This document shows positions 8,740 to 15,948 of a stretch of DNA of 39,694 nucleotides, one piece after another. The translations under genes were made by a program, and so were the position numbers. Position 1 is the first letter of the stretch; each line of letters starts with the position of its first letter. The notes beneath the pieces were generated by a model that saw nothing but the letters and a program-made list of their open reading frames with translations, was not told the origin of the DNA and searched no databases. Source of the stretch: a virus (lineage: Duplodnaviria > Caudoviricetes); IMG/VR virus record IMGVR_UViG_3300032218_001037, positions 1-39,694 of that record. One strand, 5' to 3'.

Positions 8740-9608
8740 TAGTTTGCCTCCTCGGCATTGTTGTCACCCACACTGATGTGTGAGCCCTTGCACAACGACC
8801 ACACCGAACACCATCTTGGTGAACACAAAAAGTGTTGGTCGTTGACTAGCCATCTTTCGGATGGCAAGTTATTTGATACGGTCAACAAAGTGTTGACCAA
8901 AGATGTTGCTTGCTGAACTATCCATGTGCCGTGTCCCTCTGTTCTTGTGACACCGACAACTTGACCGGTGGAAGAACCGTTACGAATCATTACACCAAAG
9001 TTGAAATTAACATCGAAGTTGGTGAGACCCATCTTAACAGCAGATAGTGCGTACACAGATGACTGGATGTTTTGTGATTGTTTTTCTGCTTCATAATATT
9101 TTCGTGCAGCAGTTTTCCAATCCCAAATACTTTCAGGATGAAAGTAATCCATTGTTCCCTCAAACCAAAGTTCGTATTGGAATGCAGAGTTCTCCACATC
9201 AGCAACTTTGGTTGCGAACTTGAACTCTGTTTGACCACCAGCAGGCACATGAGGGTAGATGTCTCTCACCCATGCGTTAGCCATCGAGTCAATGTGTTTG
9301 TTCCAGTTCTTTGGGTCTGTGTTGGTGACGTTGATGTATCTTCCATCTTCGTTCATTTCTTTTTCTGTCCAACGAAACGACTCAACAGAATGGTCACCAA
9401 TGTATTGTGGGTCTAGTTCGCCGTTGAGCACGGCTTCAATACCAACATGCACAGCGGTGCCCATCATTGCTGAATCGTTTTCACGACGCAGTTCAGGATG
9501 CAAACTACCGAGCCTTGCACGCTCAGGACACATCAACGCATCACCTAGCCAAGACTGTCTGACATAGATACGGTTGACGGATGTACCATTATCATTTTCT
9601 ATTCTCAT
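8739..9608 (-). CDS. Cas4/RecB-like PD-(D/E)XK exonuclease with Fe-S cysteines
   Basis: RQSWL...CP, GTAVH, GTMD..IWDWKT, QSSVY, C-terminal CSPRWC..W..C. Start MRIEND at 9608. Confidence 0.85.
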   Translation of the reverse strand: MRIENDNGTSVNRIYVRQSWLGDALMCPERARLGSLHPELRRENDSAMMGTAVHVGIEAVLNGELDPQYIGDHSVESFRWTEKEMNEDGRYINVTNTDPKNWNKHIDSMANAWVRDIYPHVPAGGQTEFKFATKVADVENSAFQYELWFEGTMDYFHPESIWDWKTAARKYYEAEKQSQNIQSSVYALSAVKMGLTNFDVNFNFGVMIRNGSSTGQVVGVTRTEGHGTWIVQQATSLVNTLLTVSNNLPSERWLVNDQHFLCSPRWCSVWSLCKGSHISVGDNNAEEAN

Positions 9609-9645
9609 TGCTTTCTCTTTTCTGTTTGTGAATGTGTGAGCACCA

Positions 9646-9697
9646 CGCCCCAAAGGGGCGGGTGTGAACAAGTACTTGTACCCCCCCTTTCCCCCCC
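9646..9697. other. GC hairpin plus C7-TTT-C7 tract in intergenic gap
   Basis: CGCCCC-AAA-GGGGCG at 9646-9660; CCCCCCCTTTCCCCCCC at 9681-9697. On the minus strand TACAAT immediately precedes the G tract. Confidence 0.5.
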
Positions 9698-9734
9698 ATT
9701 GTAGATGAGAGGTACTAGGGGATGTAGTGAGTTA

Positions 9735-10136
9735 TTACAAATTCCACGGACCCCAACCGTTGCCGTAACGCTCCTCGCCATAGTTGAATATTTCGAGTGC
9801 TGACCTAAGTGCTACATCAGGGTTGAATAGCCCCTCAGAACGCTTTAGAACGCCTCTAGAGCGTAGATACGGTGTCCAGAACCCATTGACTTGCACAAGC
9901 CCTCTAGACCCACCATTTGGGTCATTGGGATTGAACGCTGATGCATCGCATCGGCTTTCACGCCACATCACAAAATCTAATGTGGCAAGGTTCTTGCGCA
10001 TCCATCCAGCCTCAACTGCATTGTCCCACCATTGGGGACACTTCGCTGTGATTGGAATAGATAGTTGGGGTGCAAAAATGGGGGGCAACGAGCCCCCCAT
10101 GATTACAGATAATGAAATTAGTAGTTTGGTTATCAA
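9735..10136 (-). CDS. Lytic transglycosylase (SLT/lysozyme-like) with N-terminal signal/anchor
   Basis: MWRESRC catalytic Glu-Ser, GLVQVN, LFNPDVAL, GWGPW; hydrophobic N-terminus. Confidence 0.85.
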   Translation of the reverse strand: MITKLLISLSVIMGGSLPPIFAPQLSIPITAKCPQWWDNAVEAGWMRKNLATLDFVMWRESRCDASAFNPNDPNGGSRGLVQVNGFWTPYLRSRGVLKRSEGLFNPDVALRSALEIFNYGEERYGNGWGPWNL

Positions 10137-10366
10137 GGTTTCTCTCCTAGTACGGCGGATAAGACATCTTCCATCTCTGCTTTAGCAGATAGAAGCAACT
10201 CGTATTCTTCGTAAACGGACTCAGCCCGTCTACCACTATCACCCTGTCGCATTTGTTTCTTGGATAGTTGGTCTACCCCAATGGACAGGGACTTAATTAC
10301 TGCACGTAACTCTGACAATGTCATTGTTACCTCCAGCGTTGGTTCTTCTTTTCTGTACGGTGTCAT
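10133..10366 (-). CDS. Hypothetical protein (77 aa)
   Basis: Overlap-coupled to neighbours on both sides. Confidence 0.6.
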   Translation of the reverse strand: MTPYRKEEPTLEVTMTLSELRAVIKSLSIGVDQLSKKQMRQGDSGRRAESVYEEYELLLSAKAEMEDVLSAVLGEKP

Positions 10367-10905
10367 TGGCTTGTCTCTTTCTGTGTAGGTACTTCGGCTA
10401 ACTCTCCACTCGCTACCGCAAGTTTACCTGAGCGCACAAGGCGACAGGTCTCGGCTATGTGGTGAAAATCAAGCATGGCATCTCTCATTGAGCCACGAGC
10501 CTGATTCTCGTCGTATGTGACTTCTCCTATCTTATTGGCAAATCGTAACGAAGATGTAATACGACCATCTGTATCACAAAAAGAGAACAGGAGAACCCGT
10601 ACTCTTTCAGGATGTTTAGATGGTGCAACACCATCATCTTCGCCATTTACCGTTGGTGCAGCCCATCCGGTGGTCACAAGACCAAAGGCATCATAGTCTG
10701 CTCCAAGTATTGCATTCATTGGACTGAGCATCTCGTACACATCTGCATTGTCACCAATCTTTTGTACGATTGGGGCTACCGTTTTGTATATGTCAATACC
10801 AAACAGTTGTGCCTTACCAAGTGTGAAGATGTCATCAAAGTTTTTGACAACATATGTATGTGCTGCTTCGTCTACTGCTGTGAATGTTTCCATTTTAGTT
10901 TTCAT
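10363..10905 (-). CDS. Hypothetical protein (180 aa, MKTKMETF...)
   Basis: GGAG RBS before the ATG at 10905; contains TTGWAAP...PSKHPERVRV. Confidence 0.65.
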   Translation of the reverse strand: MKTKMETFTAVDEAAHTYVVKNFDDIFTLGKAQLFGIDIYKTVAPIVQKIGDNADVYEMLSPMNAILGADYDAFGLVTTGWAAPTVNGEDDGVAPSKHPERVRVLLFSFCDTDGRITSSLRFANKIGEVTYDENQARGSMRDAMLDFHHIAETCRLVRSGKLAVASGELAEVPTQKETSQ

Positions 10906-11027
10906 TTTGTTTTCTCCATGTCTATTGGTGTATGTTTGTTTGAACACTTAGGGGTTTCCCTGAGTGGTATAAAGGTAGTCAAAATCTGTTTACAGACTTT
11001 GCATACCCAATTCTGTTTTATTTGCAT
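10902..11027 (-). CDS. Small Zn-finger-like protein (41 aa)
   Basis: MQIKQNWVCKVCKQ...PKCSNKH (CxxC...CxxxH); GGGAG RBS; ATGA coupling downstream. Confidence 0.55.
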   Translation of the reverse strand: MQIKQNWVCKVCKQILTTFIPLRETPKCSNKHTPIDMEKTK

Positions 11028-11289
11028 TTGGCTTTCTCCCTCTCTTTCTGTTTGGTATCCCATTGCGCAGAGTGATGCCACCCCAAATACCGTATGACTT
11101 TGTGTCAATACCATATTCGAGACATTCTTGTTTCACAGGACATGTAGAGCAAATCTTTTTTGCTTCTACAGCAGCGTTGCCAGGGTCGCCTAGTTCGGGA
11201 AACCACATATGATGTGGATGACCGAGACAACTACCTTTGGTGGCGTACTCTGCTTTGTTGATGTCAAGTATGAATTTAAAATCAGACAT
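10990..11289 (-). CDS. whiB: WhiB-family Fe-S transcription regulator
   Basis: C...WFP...AKKICSTCPVKQECLEYG...YGIWGG: four Cys plus GIWGG. C-terminal RKRGRKP. Confidence 0.92.
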   Translation of the reverse strand: MSDFKFILDINKAEYATKGSCLGHPHHMWFPELGDPGNAAVEAKKICSTCPVKQECLEYGIDTKSYGIWGGITLRNGIPNRKRGRKPNANKTELGMQSL

Positions 11290-11782
11290 CTGACCTCGCA
11301 TTCAAACGACTCTGAATGAGTGTAACTGCACGCTCTGCTGAGTCATTTACAACATTGAGCATTGCAGTGTTCACTGCCTCCTGAATTATTGTCGTGATGT
11401 TTACACCCATCAACTGTGCATCCACAGCCTGTCTAACAACATTTCTGAAACGTGTTGTGTCAGTAAGTGTGCGAACAAATCTGTCCGTACACAAAGCATT
11501 CTCCAACATCTCTGCATCTATGTACTCTGCCGAGCGCATAGCAATGTCACCGAAGTCAATGGACTCAATCGCCCAGTCACGGATGCGACGGAGAAAGTTT
11601 GAGTTGTCAATAACATTTTCAACGGTGTTCTCCATGATTGTTTCTTGTAGACCAACCATATTTGCGTCTACACGTTGATGAACCATAGTTTCCACAGACT
11701 CATCAAACAAACCACTCAGGCTTGATGGGTCAATGCGTACATCCATTTCTAATGCTGATGGAACTAATCTAATTGTTGTCAT
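11282..11782 (-). CDS. Hypothetical helical protein (166 aa)
   Basis: AAGGAG RBS; tiles with neighbours. Confidence 0.65.
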   Translation of the reverse strand: MTTIRLVPSALEMDVRIDPSSLSGLFDESVETMVHQRVDANMVGLQETIMENTVENVIDNSNFLRRIRDWAIESIDFGDIAMRSAEYIDAEMLENALCTDRFVRTLTDTTRFRNVVRQAVDAQLMGVNITTIIQEAVNTAMLNVVNDSAERAVTLIQSRLNARSDV

Positions 11783-11940
11783 TTCTTTTCTCCTTGTTTG
11801 TGTGTTGGATGTGCTTGCCTTGATTTCATTTCTTCTGGTATCAGGTCAAGAAACTCAACCTGTGTAAGCGTGACGTTTGTGTTAGCAAACCCACGCTTAA
11901 ACGCATTGACCCAGTATTCTGCTTTTTCTTGTGCATTCAT
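11779..11940 (-). CDS. Small hypothetical protein (53 aa, MNAQEKAEYWVNAF...)
   Basis: Read manually; AAAGG RBS; stop overlaps the next ATG. Confidence 0.55.
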   Translation of the reverse strand: MNAQEKAEYWVNAFKRGFANTNVTLTQVEFLDLIPEEMKSRQAHPTHKQGEKK

Positions 11941-11960
11941 TTGTATGTACCTTTTCTTTC

Positions 11961-12947
11961 TTAGTAGTAACTCGGATGAGTTGTGTATGTTTCTCTAACT
12001 GGCATTGGCATTGGCTCTGCTTCTTTGATGAACTCAACACCATCTAGTGCATCCCAACAGTTGCAACCAAAGTCTGAACCACAGAACAAACAAGCGTTGC
12101 AAGCATTGCAATGCGTCTGTAAACAGTTGGCATCATTGGTTGTTTCTGATGCAGCACATGTGTAGCACTCAATGAGTATTCCACCTGCACCGATGTCGGT
12201 CATGAACACACCGAACTGTTCCAAGCATTGGTCTAGTTCATCTGCTTCTAGTAGACCAGCCTCATCGTCGTAGTCATCGGATGGCATGTGAACACCACTG
12301 GTGGAACTGGAATACGATTTATAACCGTAATCCCAACTGTCGCTCCAACCAATAGCATCGCTGTATGGTCGTGTCGAATATGTAATTGGTGCATGCTTGT
12401 ATGAAGAATTAGACCACCACATATCTGAGTCCCAATGACCGTCTTTCTCGTTGATGATGTACCAATCAAACTTGGCATCATCATGCACAGTGAGGAACGC
12501 CAACTTAGAACCACTAGCCCACTTGGCTAGTTTGGAAAAGTAGTCGTTGTCATCAAGTGCAGTGATGCCACCAATACCTGGCATGATGTCCTCGGCAAAC
12601 ACTTTCGTATCTGAACGAGTATCACCTTTCGGTATCGCAACAGGCAAGATGCCGTTGTGTGCCAAGACTGTGTCAGGGTCTTGACCTAGTGTGAATGGAT
12701 GACAATTATCTACTGTCTCTGAGCCATGAGTAGCCCAACGAAAGTGGAACAGAGCCGGACCTTGATGTGTTGTACGCAAGTCCAAGAACTTGTTTGCAAC
12801 CTCATCAAAGTTCATGCTGTGAGCCTTGATAATTGTTTTGCCTGTGGAGATGGCGAAGCCAAATCCATCAGGATTGCTAAGGGAAGCGATACGAAATCGT
12901 TCCATGTTTGGTGTGACGTAGTCTGGAATTAATGTTAATAAACACAT
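11961..12947 (-). CDS. Class II (Ntn) glutamine amidotransferase with Cys-rich C-terminus
   Basis: N-terminal MC, NPDGFG, HFRWATHG, NCHPF, AHNG, SDT. Confidence 0.92.
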   Translation of the reverse strand: MCLLTLIPDYVTPNMERFRIASLSNPDGFGFAISTGKTIIKAHSMNFDEVANKFLDLRTTHQGPALFHFRWATHGSETVDNCHPFTLGQDPDTVLAHNGILPVAIPKGDTRSDTKVFAEDIMPGIGGITALDDNDYFSKLAKWASGSKLAFLTVHDDAKFDWYIINEKDGHWDSDMWWSNSSYKHAPITYSTRPYSDAIGWSDSWDYGYKSYSSSTSGVHMPSDDYDDEAGLLEADELDQCLEQFGVFMTDIGAGGILIECYTCAASETTNDANCLQTHCNACNACLFCGSDFGCNCWDALDGVEFIKEAEPMPMPVRETYTTHPSYY

Positions 12948-12984
12948 GTTTGATGTGCCTTTCTTGTTTGTTTGTTTATTTGGA

Positions 12985-13006
12985 AACTGATATTTATATA
13001 TCAGTT
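12985..13006. promoter_or_regulatory. Palindrome copy 1 AACTGATA-TTTATA-TATCAGTT
   Basis: Perfect 8-bp arms; overlaps the amidoligase stop codon. Confidence 0.8.
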
Positions 13007-14090
13007 ATTGGTCTTCACCCAACATCGCACCACAACGCTCTGTGATACGAGTATCAAGCACTTCGTATTTGTCTGTACGATTGCGCACCCACTTACGGAA
13101 TGACATAAACGCTAATGCGTTAGAGCCAACAACCTCTTGTGTGGTGAGCATTTCTGTGTAATCAAAGGACGCTTTGCAGAATTGCATCGCAGCCTGAACG
13201 GTAGTCACATTGAGTGATGGTCTGAAGAAACGCAACTCAACAGTATGAGCGTTCTGTATGTTGATTGCACAGTAACGGTCATTGTTTGTTGCTTGGTCTT
13301 TCAGCATTTTCATTAACGAGTTTTGCTGACGCACACCCGTGTCGTAGTCCATCCACGAACTAACAAAGTTGTCTAGACCAAACTTCGCATAGGACGACTC
13401 ACGCCCAACGAACTTGACCAAGTCAACACGATTGGAGTAGATGAACTTCACAAACTTGAACAGATGCTTGTCATCTGCAAAAGCATTGCGAGACATATGG
13501 ATGTGTAGCCCACAAGAACTTGCGTTCCATGACTCAAAGCCCATGCGCTTGAGTGCTGTGATACCAGCCCAATTCACATGGTTCATTGCATAGTCAATCG
13601 TCATCGGATGCGAGACAATCTCGAATCCGTTGCTGATTGAACCATCTTCTTTGAGATACACAACATTCTCACCTGACTCGGTTGAGTTCATTGCGTCAAG
13701 TACTTTCTGTGCACCATCACGACGAGTATGAGTGTGATGACCACGATACTCAACCTCTTGCTCAAACCCAAGATACAACTCAGGTCGTGAAGAGATTGTG
13801 CTCATCGCAGAATATGCCGATGCTGTACCGTCGCTGTTGAGAAACGATGGGCGAGGCTTGTACGAATACGAGTGAACTAAACCCTCGTTCTCATCTTCAT
13901 CCTCATCATCGTCCGGGTGGTCTGCTTCCCACTCGTTCTCAAACTCACGGTGACAATCCCAACAACGCTGGTAGTCGTAGCCCTCGTAAGAACTACCGTG
14001 AAGTGAATCAGGGTCGAGCATCTCCTCACAGTTGTGACAAGGATACAACTCTTCCTCTGGTACTGCTGGCTCTTCGTTTGTATTTGGCAT
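13005..14090 (-). CDS. Putative amidoligase (COOH-NH2 ligase, GS/GCS-like fold)
   Basis: GFEQEVE, EDGSI..GFEIVSHP, CGLHIH, RYCAIN, TVELRFFR; N-terminal CxxC...CxxC and an acidic run. Start MPNTNEE at 14090. Confidence 0.88.
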   Translation of the reverse strand: MPNTNEEPAVPEEELYPCHNCEEMLDPDSLHGSSYEGYDYQRCWDCHREFENEWEADHPDDDEDEDENEGLVHSYSYKPRPSFLNSDGTASAYSAMSTISSRPELYLGFEQEVEYRGHHTHTRRDGAQKVLDAMNSTESGENVVYLKEDGSISNGFEIVSHPMTIDYAMNHVNWAGITALKRMGFESWNASSCGLHIHMSRNAFADDKHLFKFVKFIYSNRVDLVKFVGRESSYAKFGLDNFVSSWMDYDTGVRQQNSLMKMLKDQATNNDRYCAINIQNAHTVELRFFRPSLNVTTVQAAMQFCKASFDYTEMLTTQEVVGSNALAFMSFRKWVRNRTDKYEVLDTRITERCGAMLGEDQ

Positions 14091-14133
14091 TGCTCTCTCT
14101 CTTTCGTTTGTATTTGTATCTACGACGGGATGT

Positions 14134-14185
14134 CGCAGACGAGAACACACAAGCACAGGGGAATACCTGTGTGCTCTCGTCCACG
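14134..14185 (-). other. 22-bp RNA hairpin with G-U pairs in the amidoligase leader
   Basis: Minus strand CGTGGACGAGAGCACACAGGTA-TTCCCCTG-TGCTTGTGTGTTCTCGTCTGCG pairs at all 22 positions, five of them G-U. Confidence 0.75.
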
Positions 14186-14187
14186 CA

Positions 14188-14209
14188 AACTGATATAAAA
14201 ATATCAGTT
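14188..14209. promoter_or_regulatory. Palindrome copy 2 AACTGATA-TAAAAA-TATCAGTT
   Basis: Arms extend to CAAACTGATAT/ATATCAGTTTG; intergenic. Confidence 0.8.
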
Positions 14210-14232
14210 TGAATGAACCCAGTCTAGAACTA

Positions 14233-14436
14233 CTAGAACTGTTCGCCCTCTCCAGTACGAATATTGCCAGCCTGCTCACGAACCTTAAACAACAAACGCT
14301 CGAGATGTTCTATTTGCGTTTGCAATTCATCTGCACGCCTAGTTGCTTCATTGTAATGCTGGATTACTGTCCAACAAAACTCTGTCAGTTCATCTTTCTT
14401 CATTGCCCTCAGTGATGTCTTACCTGTCTTATTCAT
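14233..14436 (-). CDS. Small coiled-coil early protein (67 aa)
   Basis: AGGAG RBS; ATGA coupling. Confidence 0.6.
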   Translation of the reverse strand: MNKTGKTSLRAMKKDELTEFCWTVIQHYNEATRRADELQTQIEHLERLLFKVREQAGNIRTGEGEQF

Positions 14437-14570
14437 TTTGTTTCTCCTATTTTTCGTAGTTCTTCATCAACATAAATAAGTATCTCATCAAACTTCTCAG
14501 CCTGATTAGACCAATGACCATCACGATAAATAATCGCCATGATATTTCGCAATACAACTTCTTTACTCAT
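14433..14570 (-). CDS. Small early protein (45 aa, MSKEVVLRNIMAIIY...)
   Basis: Read manually; GGAGG RBS; TAATG coupling upstream and ATGA downstream. Confidence 0.55.
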   Translation of the reverse strand: MSKEVVLRNIMAIIYRDGHWSNQAEKFDEILIYVDEELRKIGETK

Positions 14571-14728
14571 TATTTTCCTCCCACTATGAATAGGTTTTTT
14601 AGTGCTTGCTCGTACTTCTCATCAGTAAGAAGATGACCTTGCAACATCATCTTTGTGATGAAGTACCAACTGTCACCCCAATTTCTTGCGTTTCTGTAAT
14701 GCTGCTTTATGTTTCTAATGTGCTTCAT
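14570..14728 (-). CDS. Small early protein (52 aa, MKHIRNIK...)
   Basis: AAAGGAG RBS preceded by an ACAAAC-rich leader. Confidence 0.6.
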   Translation of the reverse strand: MKHIRNIKQHYRNARNWGDSWYFITKMMLQGHLLTDEKYEQALKNLFIVGGK

Positions 14729-14904
14729 TTTGTTTCTCCTTTGTTTGTGTTTGTATTTTCTAACCACTCACGAGACATAAAAACTGATATTTTATTATCA
14801 GTTTTGTCCTGACTTTCTTTACCAACAATCCACGCAATCATCGCAACGATTGAGTGACTTGCCAACAACACGGTGAATACACCGAACCAATTAGTTACCA
14901 TCAT
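14725..14904 (-). CDS. Possible small membrane protein (59 aa, MMVTNWFGVF...)
   Basis: ATGA-coupled at both ends; one hydrophobic segment; contains palindrome copy 3. Confidence 0.45.
   Translation of the reverse strand: MMVTNWFGVFTVLLASHSIVAMIAWIVGKESQDKTDNKISVFMSREWLENTNTNKGETK
14782..14803. promoter_or_regulatory. Palindrome copy 3 AACTGATA-TTTTAT-TATCAGTT
   Basis: Arms extend to AAAACTGATA/TATCAGTTTT. Confidence 0.8.
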
Positions 14905-15128
14905 TTTGTACATCCCTGTTGAGGGGCGTAACCCAAAAGCCACACATTGACATTGTTCTCAACAGCCTTTGGAACATTCGCACGAAACGGGAACGAATTG
15001 CCACGCAAAGCACGAAAAAACGAATCGTACTTTGACCGACCAGTCTGCCAATTGTTGATGTAGTATCGTGCACGAAACTTTCGGTTCTGTTGCCGTAGTC
15101 TCAACACTTTTTGTTCGTAAGTTTCCAT
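14901..15128 (-). CDS. Small basic early protein (75 aa)
   Basis: AAGGAG RBS with AGATACAAATACAAAC leader. Confidence 0.65.
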   Translation of the reverse strand: METYEQKVLRLRQQNRKFRARYYINNWQTGRSKYDSFFRALRGNSFPFRANVPKAVENNVNVWLLGYAPQQGCTK

Positions 15129-15159
15129 TATATTTCTCCTTGTTTGTATTTGTATCTGC

Positions 15160-15219
15160 TCGGTTGAGCAATCAGGAACACGAGCCAGAGGGTAAGCCCG
15201 TGTTCCCTCAACTAACCGA
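15160..15219 (-). other. Long RNA hairpin in early-gene leader
   Basis: Inner stem GGAACACGGGCT/GGCTCGTGTTCC (G-U pairs on the minus strand), loop TACCCTCT, outer TCGGTT/AACCGA. Confidence 0.7.
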
Positions 15220-15240
15220 ACTGATAATTATATATCAGTT
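15219..15240. promoter_or_regulatory. Palindrome copy 4 AACTGATA-ATTATA-TATCAGTT
   Basis: Overlaps the TAA stop of ORF 15239..15706. Confidence 0.8.
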
Positions 15241-15706
15241 ATTTGGTAGCAAGCATTGCCTGCAACTGTGCTTTCGTGTATTTCTTAGCCTCAGTCTTAG
15301 CAACAAACTTCTTGCCCTTGCCCTTGCCACTCTTGGCACGCTGTCCGTTGCCACCGAGCATTTCACGCACATCACCCATTGCAGGAAACACACGATTGCC
15401 GTGCTTCTCTGAAACAAGTGCGTCACAAACACCGTTGATTGTGTCGTACTTGGTCAATGCTGTAACAGCAACACCAACAAACTGTCGGATAGTTGCTTGA
15501 CTGTGCTTGGTGTTTCCGTTGCCGACATTGGCAGACAACGAGCAACGAGCATACTCTGACGCATTACCGTCAAACTTGCCAATGCACTCTTGACCTGCCT
15601 TGAGCCAACCCACAAGAATCTCGTAGTGACCACCAACAATTCTTGGCTCGTGGTCAAGTAGAAACCGTGTGGACTTTTTTGGTTGTGCTGTCTTTGCTGA
15701 TTTCAT
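15239..15706 (-). CDS. Early hypothetical protein (155 aa) with Lys-rich C-terminus
   Basis: AAGGA RBS; flanked on both sides by palindrome copies 4 and 5. Confidence 0.7.
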   Translation of the reverse strand: MKSAKTAQPKKSTRFLLDHEPRIVGGHYEILVGWLKAGQECIGKFDGNASEYARCSLSANVGNGNTKHSQATIRQFVGVAVTALTKYDTINGVCDALVSEKHGNRVFPAMGDVREMLGGNGQRAKSGKGKGKKFVAKTEAKKYTKAQLQAMLATK

Positions 15707-15773
15707 TTTATTTATCCTTTTGTTTTTGGCGATTAGTCCGTAATCGCAACGGTGGTAATAGATACCGTGTGGC

Positions 15774-15805
15774 TCACAAACTGATAATTAAATATCAGTT
15801 TGTGA
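15774..15805. promoter_or_regulatory. Palindrome copy 5, extended: TCACAAACTGATA-ATTAAA-TATCAGTTTGTGA
   Basis: Perfect 13-bp arms; intergenic; core at 15779-15800. Confidence 0.82.
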
Positions 15806-15816
15806 ACTCACGCTAA

Positions 15817-15948
15817 CTACTCGCCTTGCTCTAATACATCACGCTCATCAAGTTCATCAACAACTCTCTGTAGCATCTCTAACAATTCATCTACTGTCAT
15901 TACGCTTAGCCTTGCTCTTGTGCTCTTGTATGTCTCCATGCGTGCCAT
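15817..15948 (-). CDS. First early gene, small acidic helical protein (43 aa, MARMETYKSTR...)
   Basis: Read manually; AGAGG RBS with ACACAAAT leader. Confidence 0.5.
   Translation of the reverse strand: MARMETYKSTRARLSVMTVDELLEMLQRVVDELDERDVLEQGE

Noticed and set aside
8739-9608. Cas4-like gene as evidence of a CRISPR system
   Set aside because: It is a solo phage exonuclease in a replication operon, with no cas1/cas2 or array.
9609-9671. N-terminal extension of the exonuclease in the ORF track
   Set aside because: It covers the intergenic hairpin. ATG 9608 has the ACAAAC leader and a purine-rich RBS.
14091-14279. N-terminal extension of the amidoligase in the ORF track
   Set aside because: It runs through the hairpin, the palindrome and another gene. 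ATG 14090 has the typical early leader.
12985-15805. Palindrome array as a CRISPR/mini-array or integron attC cassettes
   Set aside because: Spacing is irregular (about 440-1200 nt) with whole genes between copies and the centre varies. No cas operon or integrase was recognised.
15774-15805. Palindrome as dif/lox-type recombination site or Fur box
   Set aside because: No recombinase was recognised, the arms lack the XerD TTATGT half-site, and spacers differ between copies. The symmetry is TGATA-N6-TATCA, not the 7-1-7 Fur box.
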